DNA of 64,000 nucleotides from a virus, in IMG/VR virus record IMGVR_UViG_3300046694_000196, positions 62,344 through 126,343 of that record; one strand, 5' to 3'. Shown one piece after another: positions 18,601 through 25,893 of the stretch. The stretch's first letter is position 1. Each line of letters begins with the position of its first letter. The translations under genes were made by a program, and so were the position numbers. The notes under the pieces were generated by a model. The model was not told the DNA's origin. It ran no database searches and worked only from the letters and a program-made list of their open reading frames with translations.

Positions 18601-19031
18601 CAGAACCCAAGAGACCCGGAGGGGACGCGGTCCTCTTCATCGTCATGAGGACGGACCTGAAGTCAATGGTTCCGGGCAAGGCCATCGCGCAGGGCTCACA
18701 CGCCGCCAACGCGGCCGCTAAGCACGCCGAGGCCTCCGCGCCCGAGCTCTACCGTGCGTGGTCGACGTCCACCATGCAGCACTTCGGGACGGTCCTCGTG
18801 CTCGACGGCGGCAAGAGCATCGACGCGATCGAGGACCTCGTCGCGGAGGCCTCTGCCATGTCCGCAGTCCGCGGCCAGGAAGCGGTCACGGGCATGGTCT
18901 TCGACCCGACCTACCCCGTCCGAGACGGCGAGGCGACGCACTACGTCCCGGTCACGACCTGTGCCTACCTCATGTGCTACAGGGACAGCGAGGCGCACAA
19001 GGTCATCAAGCAACTGAAGCTTCACCCATGA
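18597..19031 (+). CDS. Peptidyl-tRNA hydrolase type 2 (PTH2)-like
   Basis: LFIVMRTDLKSMVPGKAIAQGSHAA matches the PTH2 N-terminal motif; VFDPTY...T. Confidence 0.75.
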   Translation: MTEPKRPGGDAVLFIVMRTDLKSMVPGKAIAQGSHAANAAAKHAEASAPELYRAWSTSTMQHFGTVLVLDGGKSIDAIEDLVAEASAMSAVRGQEAVTGMVFDPTYPVRDGEATHYVPVTTCAYLMCYRDSEAHKVIKQLKLHP

Positions 19032-19209
19032 GCATAGTGCAGTTTCTCGACAGGGGCTGGGAGGTCTACGACGAGGGCGTCCGGGTCACAGACATGCTCT
19101 GGGAGGCCGTCTTCGAGGAGGAGTCCCCATTCGAGGTCTACAGCAAGAGCCAGTGCGAGATGCTGGTGAAGTTCGTGCAGGACAACGACATCGACTACGC
19201 GAGGGTAGC

Positions 19210-19428
19210 ATGAAGGTAACAGATGTAGTAGGGAAAGACAAGGTATGCCGGTTCTCACACTTCGTGAACAGCGAGCTGTGGTACGAGGCCGAGAACGGTT
19301 TCCTGTTCCCCGTGACCACTTACGACGCCGGGACGGCTCGCTTCAACGCCGAAGAGAAGAGCGTCCTGCTCATGCGGTGGGTCCGACAGCACCTCAAGAA
19401 AATCGAGGAAGCCCGTGAAGAAGTTTGA
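19210..19428 (+). CDS. Conserved small phage protein
   Basis: ELWYEAENGFLFPV...FNAEEKSVLLMRWVR. Confidence 0.55.
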   Translation: MKVTDVVGKDKVCRFSHFVNSELWYEAENGFLFPVTTYDAGTARFNAEEKSVLLMRWVRQHLKKIEEAREEV

Positions 19429-19915
19429 CATAGACGAGGTCCGCGCCTTCATCGCGAAGCAGTCGCGCTCGACCAAGATATACATAGGGTGTGACTCCTA
19501 CCGCTTCAAGCGGGAGGGCGTGTGGCACGCGCGGTACACGACCGTCTGCATCGTGCACATCAACGGCAAGAACGGTTGCGCCATCTTCGGTGACATCGAC
19601 ACCGAGCGTGACTATGACCAGAAGAAGAACGCACCGCGCATGAGGATGATGAACGAGGTCTACCGTTCTGTCGGCATGTACCTGAAGCTCGCAGAGGTCA
19701 TCGGAGACCGCGAGATGGAGCTCCACGTCGACATCAACCCCTCGAAGCTGCACGGCTCCAACGTGGCGTACGCCGAGGCCGCCGGGTACATCCGGGGCGT
19801 CACGGGCGTCACGCCTAAGTTCAAGCCTGAAGCATTGGCGTCGTCGTTCGGCGCGGACCACTTCCGCACCTACGGCGGCAAGAAAGAGAAGGCCAAGGAG
19901 GCCGAGTTGTCATGA
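19415..19915 (+). CDS. RNase H-like YkuK (DUF458) family protein
   Basis: IYIGCDS, RMMNEV, ELHVDIN, GSN, KP.ALASSFGAD. Confidence 0.8.
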   Translation: MKKFDIDEVRAFIAKQSRSTKIYIGCDSYRFKREGVWHARYTTVCIVHINGKNGCAIFGDIDTERDYDQKKNAPRMRMMNEVYRSVGMYLKLAEVIGDREMELHVDINPSKLHGSNVAYAEAAGYIRGVTGVTPKFKPEALASSFGADHFRTYGGKKEKAKEAELS

Positions 19916-20136
19916 GCGCTGCGGCCTGGTACCTGATACTCAACCTGGGCTCGGTCTCGTCTGCAGTGATCGTGCCGCAGACGTACCCTGACGAAGACAC
20001 GTGCCGGAGAGCGGCCATCATCGCTGTAGAGCGCTACAACACATCCACGAACACTGACTCGATGTCGTACGTGAAGTACGCGTGCATACCCAACGCGGAG
20101 GCCGTCAAGAAAGAAATCGAGGACCTCCCGGAATAG
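19912..20136 (+). CDS. Small secreted or membrane protein
   Basis: Hydrophobic N-terminus, two Cys. Confidence 0.45.
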   Translation: MSAAAWYLILNLGSVSSAVIVPQTYPDEDTCRRAAIIAVERYNTSTNTDSMSYVKYACIPNAEAVKKEIEDLPE

Positions 20137-20140
20137 ACGG

Positions 20141-20171
20141 TTGACAAACCGGTCGGATCGTGGTATAAATA
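20141..20171 (+). promoter_or_regulatory. Dual early/late promoter for RNA cluster 1
   Basis: TTGACA-17-TATAAA overlapping TATAAATA (20164-20171). Confidence 0.75.
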
Positions 20172-20179
20172 TCACACGA

Positions 20180-20494
20180 TCAAGCGGGAAGCCGCTTGTC
20201 AACGAGAAATGACTCTCGACGCAGGTAGCCACAGGAAATATTATAGTGGTGAGGGGCGCCGGGAACGTACGCAGGGCCCGTCCTGGTACCGGAGACGTCC
20301 GGTCGCACAAACCAGGCATTTCTCGACTCTATACGCCTGCAGACCTCTCCGGACAGGAGAGTAGCTAACTCCGGGTCTAAGTGAAGCAAGAGACAACGCG
20401 TCATGTCTGGGTTCTACTCCCAGATGCTGATAACAGCGCGGCGCCATGCTGCCTTGTCTCCCTAGAACACGACGGTCTGCAGGCGTATAGAGTC
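20180..20494 (+). ncRNA. Putative structured ncRNA of about 315 nt with a 21-bp terminal inverted repeat domain
   Basis: CGAGAAATG(20203)/CATTTCTCG(20317) stem; perfect 21-bp IR 20325-20345/20474-20494; nested hairpins; no plausible ORF. Confidence 0.6.
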
Positions 20495-20496
20495 AA

Positions 20497-20578
20497 GCAC
20501 CCTTATCGTCCCCGCCTTCTAAGCGGTCGTTAACGACGTAGACGGAGTAGGCTGGTTCGAGTCCAGCAGGGTGCTCCA
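20497..20578 (+). ncRNA. D-arm-less tRNA-Arg(TCT)-like RNA
   Basis: Acceptor GCACCCT/AGGGTGC-T-CCA, loop CTTCTAA, T arm GCTGG-TTCGAGT-CCAGC; only 8 nt where the D arm should be. Confidence 0.75.
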
Positions 20579-20623
20579 CTATTTCCGCTGGTGAGACTGC
20601 CGCGTACGGGCAAGTCACCGGTC

Positions 20624-20745
20624 TCGGGGCATAGAGGCCGGCTGCAGAGGCAGTCGCTGGTGCGAGTCCAGCCCGTTAAGGAAACCATTTCTGATCGTGA
20701 CGGGGAGCGCGCTAACGCCCTCGTCGCCTTTGCGCAGCAGGTCGC
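20624..20745 (+). ncRNA. Possible permuted tRNA-like element (T arm, closed acceptor-like stem, D-like hairpin)
   Basis: GCTGG-TGCGAGT-CCAGC then CCGTTA...TGACGG stem. Confidence 0.35.
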
Positions 20746-20777
20746 GGACTCCTTTAGCGGGGAGCCCTAGACCTGAG

Positions 20778-20845
20778 TCGGAATCGTCCAACTTGGATAG
20801 GACACTGCCGTCTAGGTGGAAACCAGGTTCAAATCCTGACCGACG
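20778..20845 (+). pseudogene. Degenerate tRNA-like sequence
   Basis: D arm GTCC-AACTTGGATA-GGAC, T loop TTCAAAT, 5-nt anticodon loop GTCTA, only 5-bp acceptor, no CCA. Confidence 0.5.
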
Positions 20846-20858
20846 TCTGCAACAATTC

Positions 20859-20940
20859 GCGGCTGTGGTGTAACGGTAGCCACGCAAGGTCGAGAGCCTT
20901 GTTCTTCGGAGTGAGAGTTCGAGTCTCTCCAGCCGCACCA
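20859..20940 (+). tRNA. tRNA-Leu(GAG)
   Basis: Cloverleaf, CAAGG-TCGAGAG-CCTTG, variable arm, CCA. Confidence 0.85.
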
Positions 20941-20945
20941 AGTTT

Positions 20946-21032
20946 GATCGTGTCACCTTAGCGGCGATAGGTTCCGGCTCTTAACCGGATGATGAAAGTC
21001 CACCGTGGGTTCGAGTCCCACCGCGATCACCA
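20946..21032 (+). tRNA. tRNA-Lys(CTT) with long variable region
   Basis: TCCGG-CTCTTAA-CCGGA; about 15-nt variable region; CCA. Confidence 0.8.
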
Positions 21033-21055
21033 AATCCCTACACAATGGAGAAATC

Positions 21056-21577
21056 ATGACCACGAACTGGAATTCACCGATCGCTGAAGTGAACCCGACC
21101 GAGGGCAGGAAAGACTTCCTCCTGAACATCGGCGACGTGGTGCTGTACAACTACCTCGGGTACAAGCGGTACGACTCGTTCGACAAGTCGCGGTCCCTCG
21201 AAGTCATCGAGGTGTCTACGGGCCCCACGGGGAACGTCATCTTCCGCGGAAAGCAACAGAAGAACGTCCGGTACAACACGAACGGCACAGCTCCAGCCGG
21301 GTGGCTCGAGACGCCGTTCCTGTCTTCGAAGTACTTCCGAGTGGTCACTCCCGCAGTGCCCGTAGAGTCGTTGAAGGGCTCACCTCAGCCCCTCCCGGTC
21401 GACACCCTGATCGTCGACGCGACCACCCTGAAGGTGCTGAAGGCCTGCAACAACATCAACCAGAAGAGTGAAGTCGAGGCCATCCTCCGCAGGGACATGA
21501 ACCAGAAGCTGTTCGTGTTCGCGCGAGTCGCAGAAGTGTCGGTCGGCGAGCTGCCCGTGAAGTGGGACTGGAAATGA
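21056..21577 (+). CDS. Hypothetical protein in tRNA cluster
   Basis: GGAG RBS, 173 codons. Confidence 0.55.
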   Translation: MTTNWNSPIAEVNPTEGRKDFLLNIGDVVLYNYLGYKRYDSFDKSRSLEVIEVSTGPTGNVIFRGKQQKNVRYNTNGTAPAGWLETPFLSSKYFRVVTPAVPVESLKGSPQPLPVDTLIVDATTLKVLKACNNINQKSEVEAILRRDMNQKLFVFARVAEVSVGELPVKWDWK

Positions 21578-21813
21578 GCCTCTTCCTCATACGTGACGTG
21601 CTGTCCGGGGAGTACCTGGACCAGAACACCGTCATGTTCGTGGCGGACCCTGAGAAGGCCCGCGCGAAGTTCAACTCTCGCCAAGCCGCCGAGAAGAAGA
21701 TCGCGTTCGTAGTCAAGGAGAACACACGGTTCAACAGGTACTACGACTACGAGCGAAACCCGGTGCAGTTCGAGCCCGTAGAATTCAGACTGGTGGAGGT
21801 GACTCATGAGTGA
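21574..21813 (+). CDS. Small hypothetical protein
   Basis: ATGA overlap. Confidence 0.5.
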   Translation: MSLFLIRDVLSGEYLDQNTVMFVADPEKARAKFNSRQAAEKKIAFVVKENTRFNRYYDYERNPVQFEPVEFRLVEVTHE

Positions 21814-22225
21814 GCTGCTCAAGACTATCAAGGCCGACTTCCTGGCAGCGCGCAAGGCGCGAGAAGCCTCGACCGCCTCTTTCCTCTCGGGGCTCGTGGG
21901 CACTATCGAGCAGGAGTTCGCGGGGAGAGCCACGGGCGACGCGACCGACGAGAAAGTCATCGCGGTCATCAAGCAGTTCCTCAAGAAGAACGAGGCGCTG
22001 CTGGCCATCGAGAACCTGCCGCAAAACGCGATCGACATGGTTGAGTTCGAGACCAGGATCATCGAGAAGTACCTGCCGGTCCAGATGACCGAGGACAAGA
22101 TACGCGAGGTCTTTACTGAGCTCGACGCGTCCAACCTGGGCCTCATGATGAAGCACCTCAAGGAGAACTTCGCGGGTCTCTACGACGGAGCACTGGCGTC
22201 GAAGGTCGCAAGGGAGTTCCTGTGA
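21806..22225 (+). CDS. GatB/YqeY domain protein
   Basis: LLKTIKADFLAARKARE...VIAVIKQFLKK...IIEKYLPVQMTEDKI...LGLMMKHLK. Confidence 0.85.
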   Translation: MSELLKTIKADFLAARKAREASTASFLSGLVGTIEQEFAGRATGDATDEKVIAVIKQFLKKNEALLAIENLPQNAIDMVEFETRIIEKYLPVQMTEDKIREVFTELDASNLGLMMKHLKENFAGLYDGALASKVAREFL

Positions 22226-22407
22226 AAGACACGTGGTTCACTATGAGGCCCGTGGGCGACGTCTTCATCGTCGAGTCACACGTCAGAAAGTTCTCGGCAT
22301 TCGAGAAATGTGAGACGACTTACAAGAACTACGTCGGTACTTTCGCGAACAGGCTAGAAGCAGCCGAGGCTATAGACGCAGTGAAGAAACGCCTCGGCAT
22401 CGGTTGA
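22222..22407 (+). CDS. Small hypothetical protein
   Basis: GTGA overlap. Confidence 0.45.
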   Translation: MKDTWFTMRPVGDVFIVESHVRKFSAFEKCETTYKNYVGTFANRLEAAEAIDAVKKRLGIG

Positions 22408-22441
22408 CGTCTCGGTGCTTTCTCGATAAATAAATTTCTAT

Positions 22442-22523
22442 GCACATGTATCCGCCGGGCTTGCGAAGCTCGAGTCAGGTAACTGGATGGAAGATATGGG
22501 TTCGAGTCCCATCATGTGCTCCA
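22442..22523 (+). ncRNA. D-arm-less tRNA-Arg(GCG)-like RNA
   Basis: GCACATG/CATGTGC-T-CCA; CGGGC-TTGCGAA-GCTCG; ATGGG-TTCGAGT-CCCAT; 7-nt TATCCGC linker instead of D arm. Confidence 0.75.
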
Positions 22524-22524
22524 T

Positions 22525-22616
22525 GCACCCGTATCCCGCTGCGCTTCGAACGCAGACAAAGGTAATCGGAAGTGGCCGCGAGGCTGATGCAGGTTCGAGT
22601 CCTGTCGGGTGCTCCA
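22525..22616 (+). ncRNA. D-arm-less tRNA-Arg(TCG)-like RNA
   Basis: GCACCCG/CGGGTGC-T-CCA; CTGCG-CTTCGAA-CGCAG; GCAGG-TTCGAGT-CCTGT; 7-nt TATCCCG linker. Confidence 0.75.
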
Positions 22617-22674
22617 AATTTTATCGTTGACACTCTTCTCATTCTTGATATTATCGAAAGACAGTAATGGAAAT

Positions 22675-22995
22675 ATGGCTGAACGAGTGGTACACGAACG
22701 GGATATCATACCTGGCGACAGTCAACCTTCTCTACCTGGAGAGCCTCGTGAGGCTCCTCGGCTGAGGTACTTCGGAGACAGGATGCGGCACCTAGTGTGC
22801 GTGCCCTACTCCGTCGAGAACCTCCACGAGATGGCACGGGACCTGGGAGTAAAGGGGTGCTGGTACCACGCGAGGCCGCACCCGCACTACGACATGCCCA
22901 AGAGGGCGGTCGCGGAGTTGTCGGAGAGAGTCGAGATGGTCTCTCCGAGGGTAATCATGAGGATCATACGGGATGCGCAACTCTCTGGTGATTGA
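22675..22995 (+). CDS. DUF4031-like protein
   Basis: HLVC...ENLHEMARDLG...WYH...HYD. Confidence 0.5.
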   Translation: MAERVVHERDIIPGDSQPSLPGEPREAPRLRYFGDRMRHLVCVPYSVENLHEMARDLGVKGCWYHARPHPHYDMPKRAVAELSERVEMVSPRVIMRIIRDAQLSGD

Positions 22996-23182
22996 CCTCG
23001 AACGGTGGAACTCACTCAAGTCCCGCTACTTCGAGCTGGAAGCGATGCTGGACCTGATAGTGATCACGGACGGGACGGACTCGTTCTTCGTGAAGAAGAA
23101 CAGGTACACCGACGACGAGCTTGGACAGCGCTCCGGTTCTCTCGGAGAATACGTGAAGAAATACAGTGCCGGGTTAGTGTAG
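22973..23182 (+). CDS. Small hypothetical protein
   Basis: FVKKNRY motif; end overlaps tRNA-His. Confidence 0.45.
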   Translation: MRNSLVIDLERWNSLKSRYFELEAMLDLIVITDGTDSFFVKKNRYTDDELGQRSGSLGEYVKKYSAGLV

Positions 23183-23244
23183 CTGGATGTGCAAGCGCCG
23201 TTGTGAACGGCGAAGAGTCGGTTCGATCCCGACACCCGGTTCCA
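23168..23244 (+). tRNA. tRNA-His(GTG)
   Basis: CGCCG-TTGTGAA-CGGCG, T arm, CCA. Confidence 0.85.
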
Positions 23245-23251
23245 GTTTGTT

Positions 23252-23539
23252 ATGGAGACGAAGATGGAAGACGACGGCAACATAGGTCTGTTGAAGACCG
23301 AGCTCGTGAAGGTGATCACCGCGTACGAGAAATCGATCGCGGACTACATCGAAGAGAACGGCGTCCCGAAATACCTGACCGCAGACGAGGTGAGTGCTTA
23401 CCAGTTCAGCGTTGACCGCGACGGGGTGCCCTACGCGGCCGGCCACGCCGAGGACACGTACGGCTCGGGATACGACAACGGGCTGACAGAGGGCGAGGCC
23501 ATGCTGGCCTACCGACTCCTGGACATCCTCGGAGAGTAG
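23252..23539 (+). CDS. Acidic hypothetical protein
   Basis: ORF between tRNAs. Confidence 0.5.
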   Translation: METKMEDDGNIGLLKTELVKVITAYEKSIADYIEENGVPKYLTADEVSAYQFSVDRDGVPYAAGHAEDTYGSGYDNGLTEGEAMLAYRLLDILGE

Positions 23540-23603
23540 AGTGCTGCTCTTCCTGGTAATAGTGGCCTTCATACTCATCGCGTCCCATAAATACGACGAA
23601 TAA

Positions 23604-23674
23604 CAGTCTAGATTAGCTGGTGCTTTTCCGCGGTCCGGAGCCGTAGAGGCGTGGTTCGATCCCACGTAGACTGA
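23604..23674 (+). tRNA. Degenerate tRNA-Pro(CGG)-like
   Basis: CAGTCTA/TAGACTG-A (C1:G72, A73), T arm, loop TCCGGAG; irregular D arm, no CCA, abuts next tRNA. Confidence 0.5.
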
Positions 23675-23749
23675 GGGCTGCAAGTCAAATGGCGCGACGC
23701 CTGCACGACACGCAGTAGACAGGAGGTTCGATTCCTCCGCAGCCCACCA
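23675..23749 (+). tRNA. tRNA-Val(GAC)
   Basis: Loop ACGACAC, cloverleaf, CCA. Confidence 0.8.
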
Positions 23750-23755
23750 ATACCT

Positions 23756-23829
23756 GCCCGGTTCGTTCAATGGTAGGACACCGTCTTTACATGGCGAGGA
23801 CAACAGTTCGATTCTGTTACTGGGTACCA
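23756..23829 (+). tRNA. tRNA-Val(TAC)
   Basis: Loop TTTACAT, CCA. Confidence 0.85.
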
Positions 23830-23977
23830 AAACTATGACAGACCTGTTCCGGTACAAGATAGGTAAGCTGACTGCCCAGAGAGACGGCGCAGAAGCAGCG
23901 GGAGAATACGGTGAGGCTCTTCGCCTGACGGACGAGATCTTGCAGGTCATCGCGAGACAGAAGAAGATGCTCAGCAT

Positions 23978-24052
23978 TGGGAAATAGTCTAATGGTAGGA
24001 CGCCTCATTCTGAGTGAGGATGGTGTACGTTCGAGTCGTACTTTCCCAGCCA
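23978..24052 (+). tRNA. tRNA-Gln(CTG)
   Basis: U1:A72, loop TTCTGAG, G73-CCA. Confidence 0.9.
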
Positions 24053-24057
24053 AATTT

Positions 24058-24144
24058 GGAAGGTGAAGCAGCCAGGTGGCTGCGTCGGTTTGCTAAACCT
24101 GACGGACCTCACGGTCTGCGTTTCGAGTACGCCGCCTTCCTCCA
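24058..24144 (+). tRNA. tRNA-Ser(GCT)
   Basis: Loop TTGCTAA, long variable arm, CCA. Confidence 0.8.
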
Positions 24145-24153
24145 CGCATTCGA

Positions 24154-24179
24154 GAAAGGGGCCTTCGGGCTCCTTTTCT
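24154..24179 (+). terminator. Rho-independent terminator
   Basis: AAAGGGGCC-TTCG-GGCTCCTTTT. Confidence 0.8.
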
Positions 24180-24181
24180 TG

Positions 24182-24210
24182 TTTACACGGCATCGAGAAT
24201 GTGTTATACT
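24182..24210 (+). promoter_or_regulatory. Sigma70-like early promoter
   Basis: TTTACA-17-TATACT. Confidence 0.75.
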
Positions 24211-24234
24211 CTATCAAGTAACACAGGAGCGGAC

Positions 24235-25883
24235 ATGGACCTCATTCGTAACGGACCCGGCGACTACGACCTCTCCACGAACGGCGTGGTGACGCACAAG
24301 ATCGCGTCGATCAGGGTACCCGCTGCTGCCGGCACGCAGTACAGGAACGGTGCGAGGCCGACCCACGTCACCAAGTGGGTGTTCCGCGCGGTGAACGGCA
24401 CCTACGAGAAGTGCCAGAAGTTCGCCTCGCTAGACGACCTGCTGAGCGTGGCCTTCCCGGCGCGGGTCATCAAGCTCACGCGGATGACGACATGACCCTC
24501 GAAGAGAAATTACGATCAGCACGCGCGAAGCTCCGAGAATTGCAGGTCACCCTCAACTACATCCACTCGTTCGGCGCTGCCACTGAGTGGCGCGAGCCTG
24601 GCCTGTTGAAAGAGCTGCGCGAGTTTGTAGAGAAGTGGCGCCGCGCTGCCGTAGACTACAACCGGTTGGAACGAGAGTTCCTGGAGTCACTGTGATGAAC
24701 ACGCTGAGACAGGTAATTCGGGGGTGCGGCTACTTACCTCACGTCGGTGAGCATCCCGGCACGATCCCGCTGGTCGTCTTGACTGTGATGATCACTGCCG
24801 CCGTAGGAGTCTTCGGACCGATCGGCATAGCGGCCGGTTTCATCATTTCTGTGGCTTTCAACGGCGCGCTGTACCTCCGCGGCGCATACGAGCGTGCAGA
24901 GTTGAGTGACTCGATAGAAAAGAGGACGACTCGCTATGAGTAAGCACCTCTTTGAGATCTACGTGCCAACCCAGAAGAACTGCGGCAAGCCCATCAGGAC
25001 TCGCCAGCACAGGGAGTGGGACCGTCGCGTGAGGAAGATCACGGGCGGGCTGACCGTGTACAAGCCCGTGAAGGGCCAGTGGGTCGACAAGTCCGACGAC
25101 AGGCTCTACGCGGAGAGGATGATACCCGTGAGGGTGGTCGCGACCGACCAGGAGATGCGCTGCATCGCGGACCTCACCAAGAAGTTCTACGAGCAGATAA
25201 CGGTGCTCTACTACAAGCTGTCGTCGGAGGTTCACTTCGCATGAGTATATGGAAAGAAGAGTGGCCGGTCAAGAAGTCTAGTTCCTTGAAGAGGCTGCTG
25301 TGCCTCCTAGGGAAACACCACTGGGTACAGGGAAAGCACCGAAAGACCGGCTCCGTGGTCGCTCACCTCATCTTTCCCGTACACGAGATGGAAGCAGACT
25401 ACCGGTGCAAGCACTGCCTCAAGGATACAGTCAAGTCCGGGCTGTCGTCAAGTCCGCTGCGCGCCTTCTCACCCAGAGACTTCCCGATCGATCCGGTTGA
25501 CGGATGGCCGCTTGACTCTGAAGGCAACCGACTACCATTCAAGAGGAAGACATGAGAGACCTGTTCAAGGAAATCGCTTTCGACACGCTGGTACACTCCG
25601 CGATCTTCGCGGTGGTGTTCGGGCTGGCTTACTTTCTGCAGGTGCACGGTTTGTGGCTGTTCATCGGATTGTGGATGCTCGCGTCAGGGACGTACAGCGG
25701 CTACGGGAAATGGGCAGGCCGATGACCGAGAAAGAATACCGCGTCAAGTCGGCGTACGACGGGTGCTACTACGTGCAGCACCGAAAGGCATTCCTGGGTC
25801 TCTCCTTCTGGTGGACTCTCGGGATAGCGAGAGACACTGAAGAGATCAAGGCCCTGGTCGAGCACCACCGCACGAGACTGTAG
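24235..25883 (+). other. Run of small early hypothetical ORFs (24235-24495, 24492-24695, 24695-24943, 24936-25244, 25241-25555, about 25721-25883)
   Basis: Stop/start overlaps; downstream of early promoter; some with TM segments. Confidence 0.55.
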
Positions 25884-25893
25884 GAGGAATGAC

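Noticed and set aside
20325-20494. A functional retron
   Set aside because: No reverse transcriptase in the window; the IR frame alone is insufficient. Kept only as a structured-RNA finding.
20615-20956. Minus-strand ORFs over tRNA clusters (also 23174-23977, 51619-52125, 60789-61067)
   Set aside because: They are antisense readings of tRNA genes.
22670-22770. tRNA-like 5' fragment GGAAATATGGCTGAACGAGTGGT
   Set aside because: No matching T arm or acceptor 3' strand; it overlaps the start of a plausible ORF.
23168-23244. tRNA-His lacking G-1 as proof of an alphaproteobacterial host
   Set aside because: The -1 base is T, but N73 is also atypical; not decisive for host assignment.
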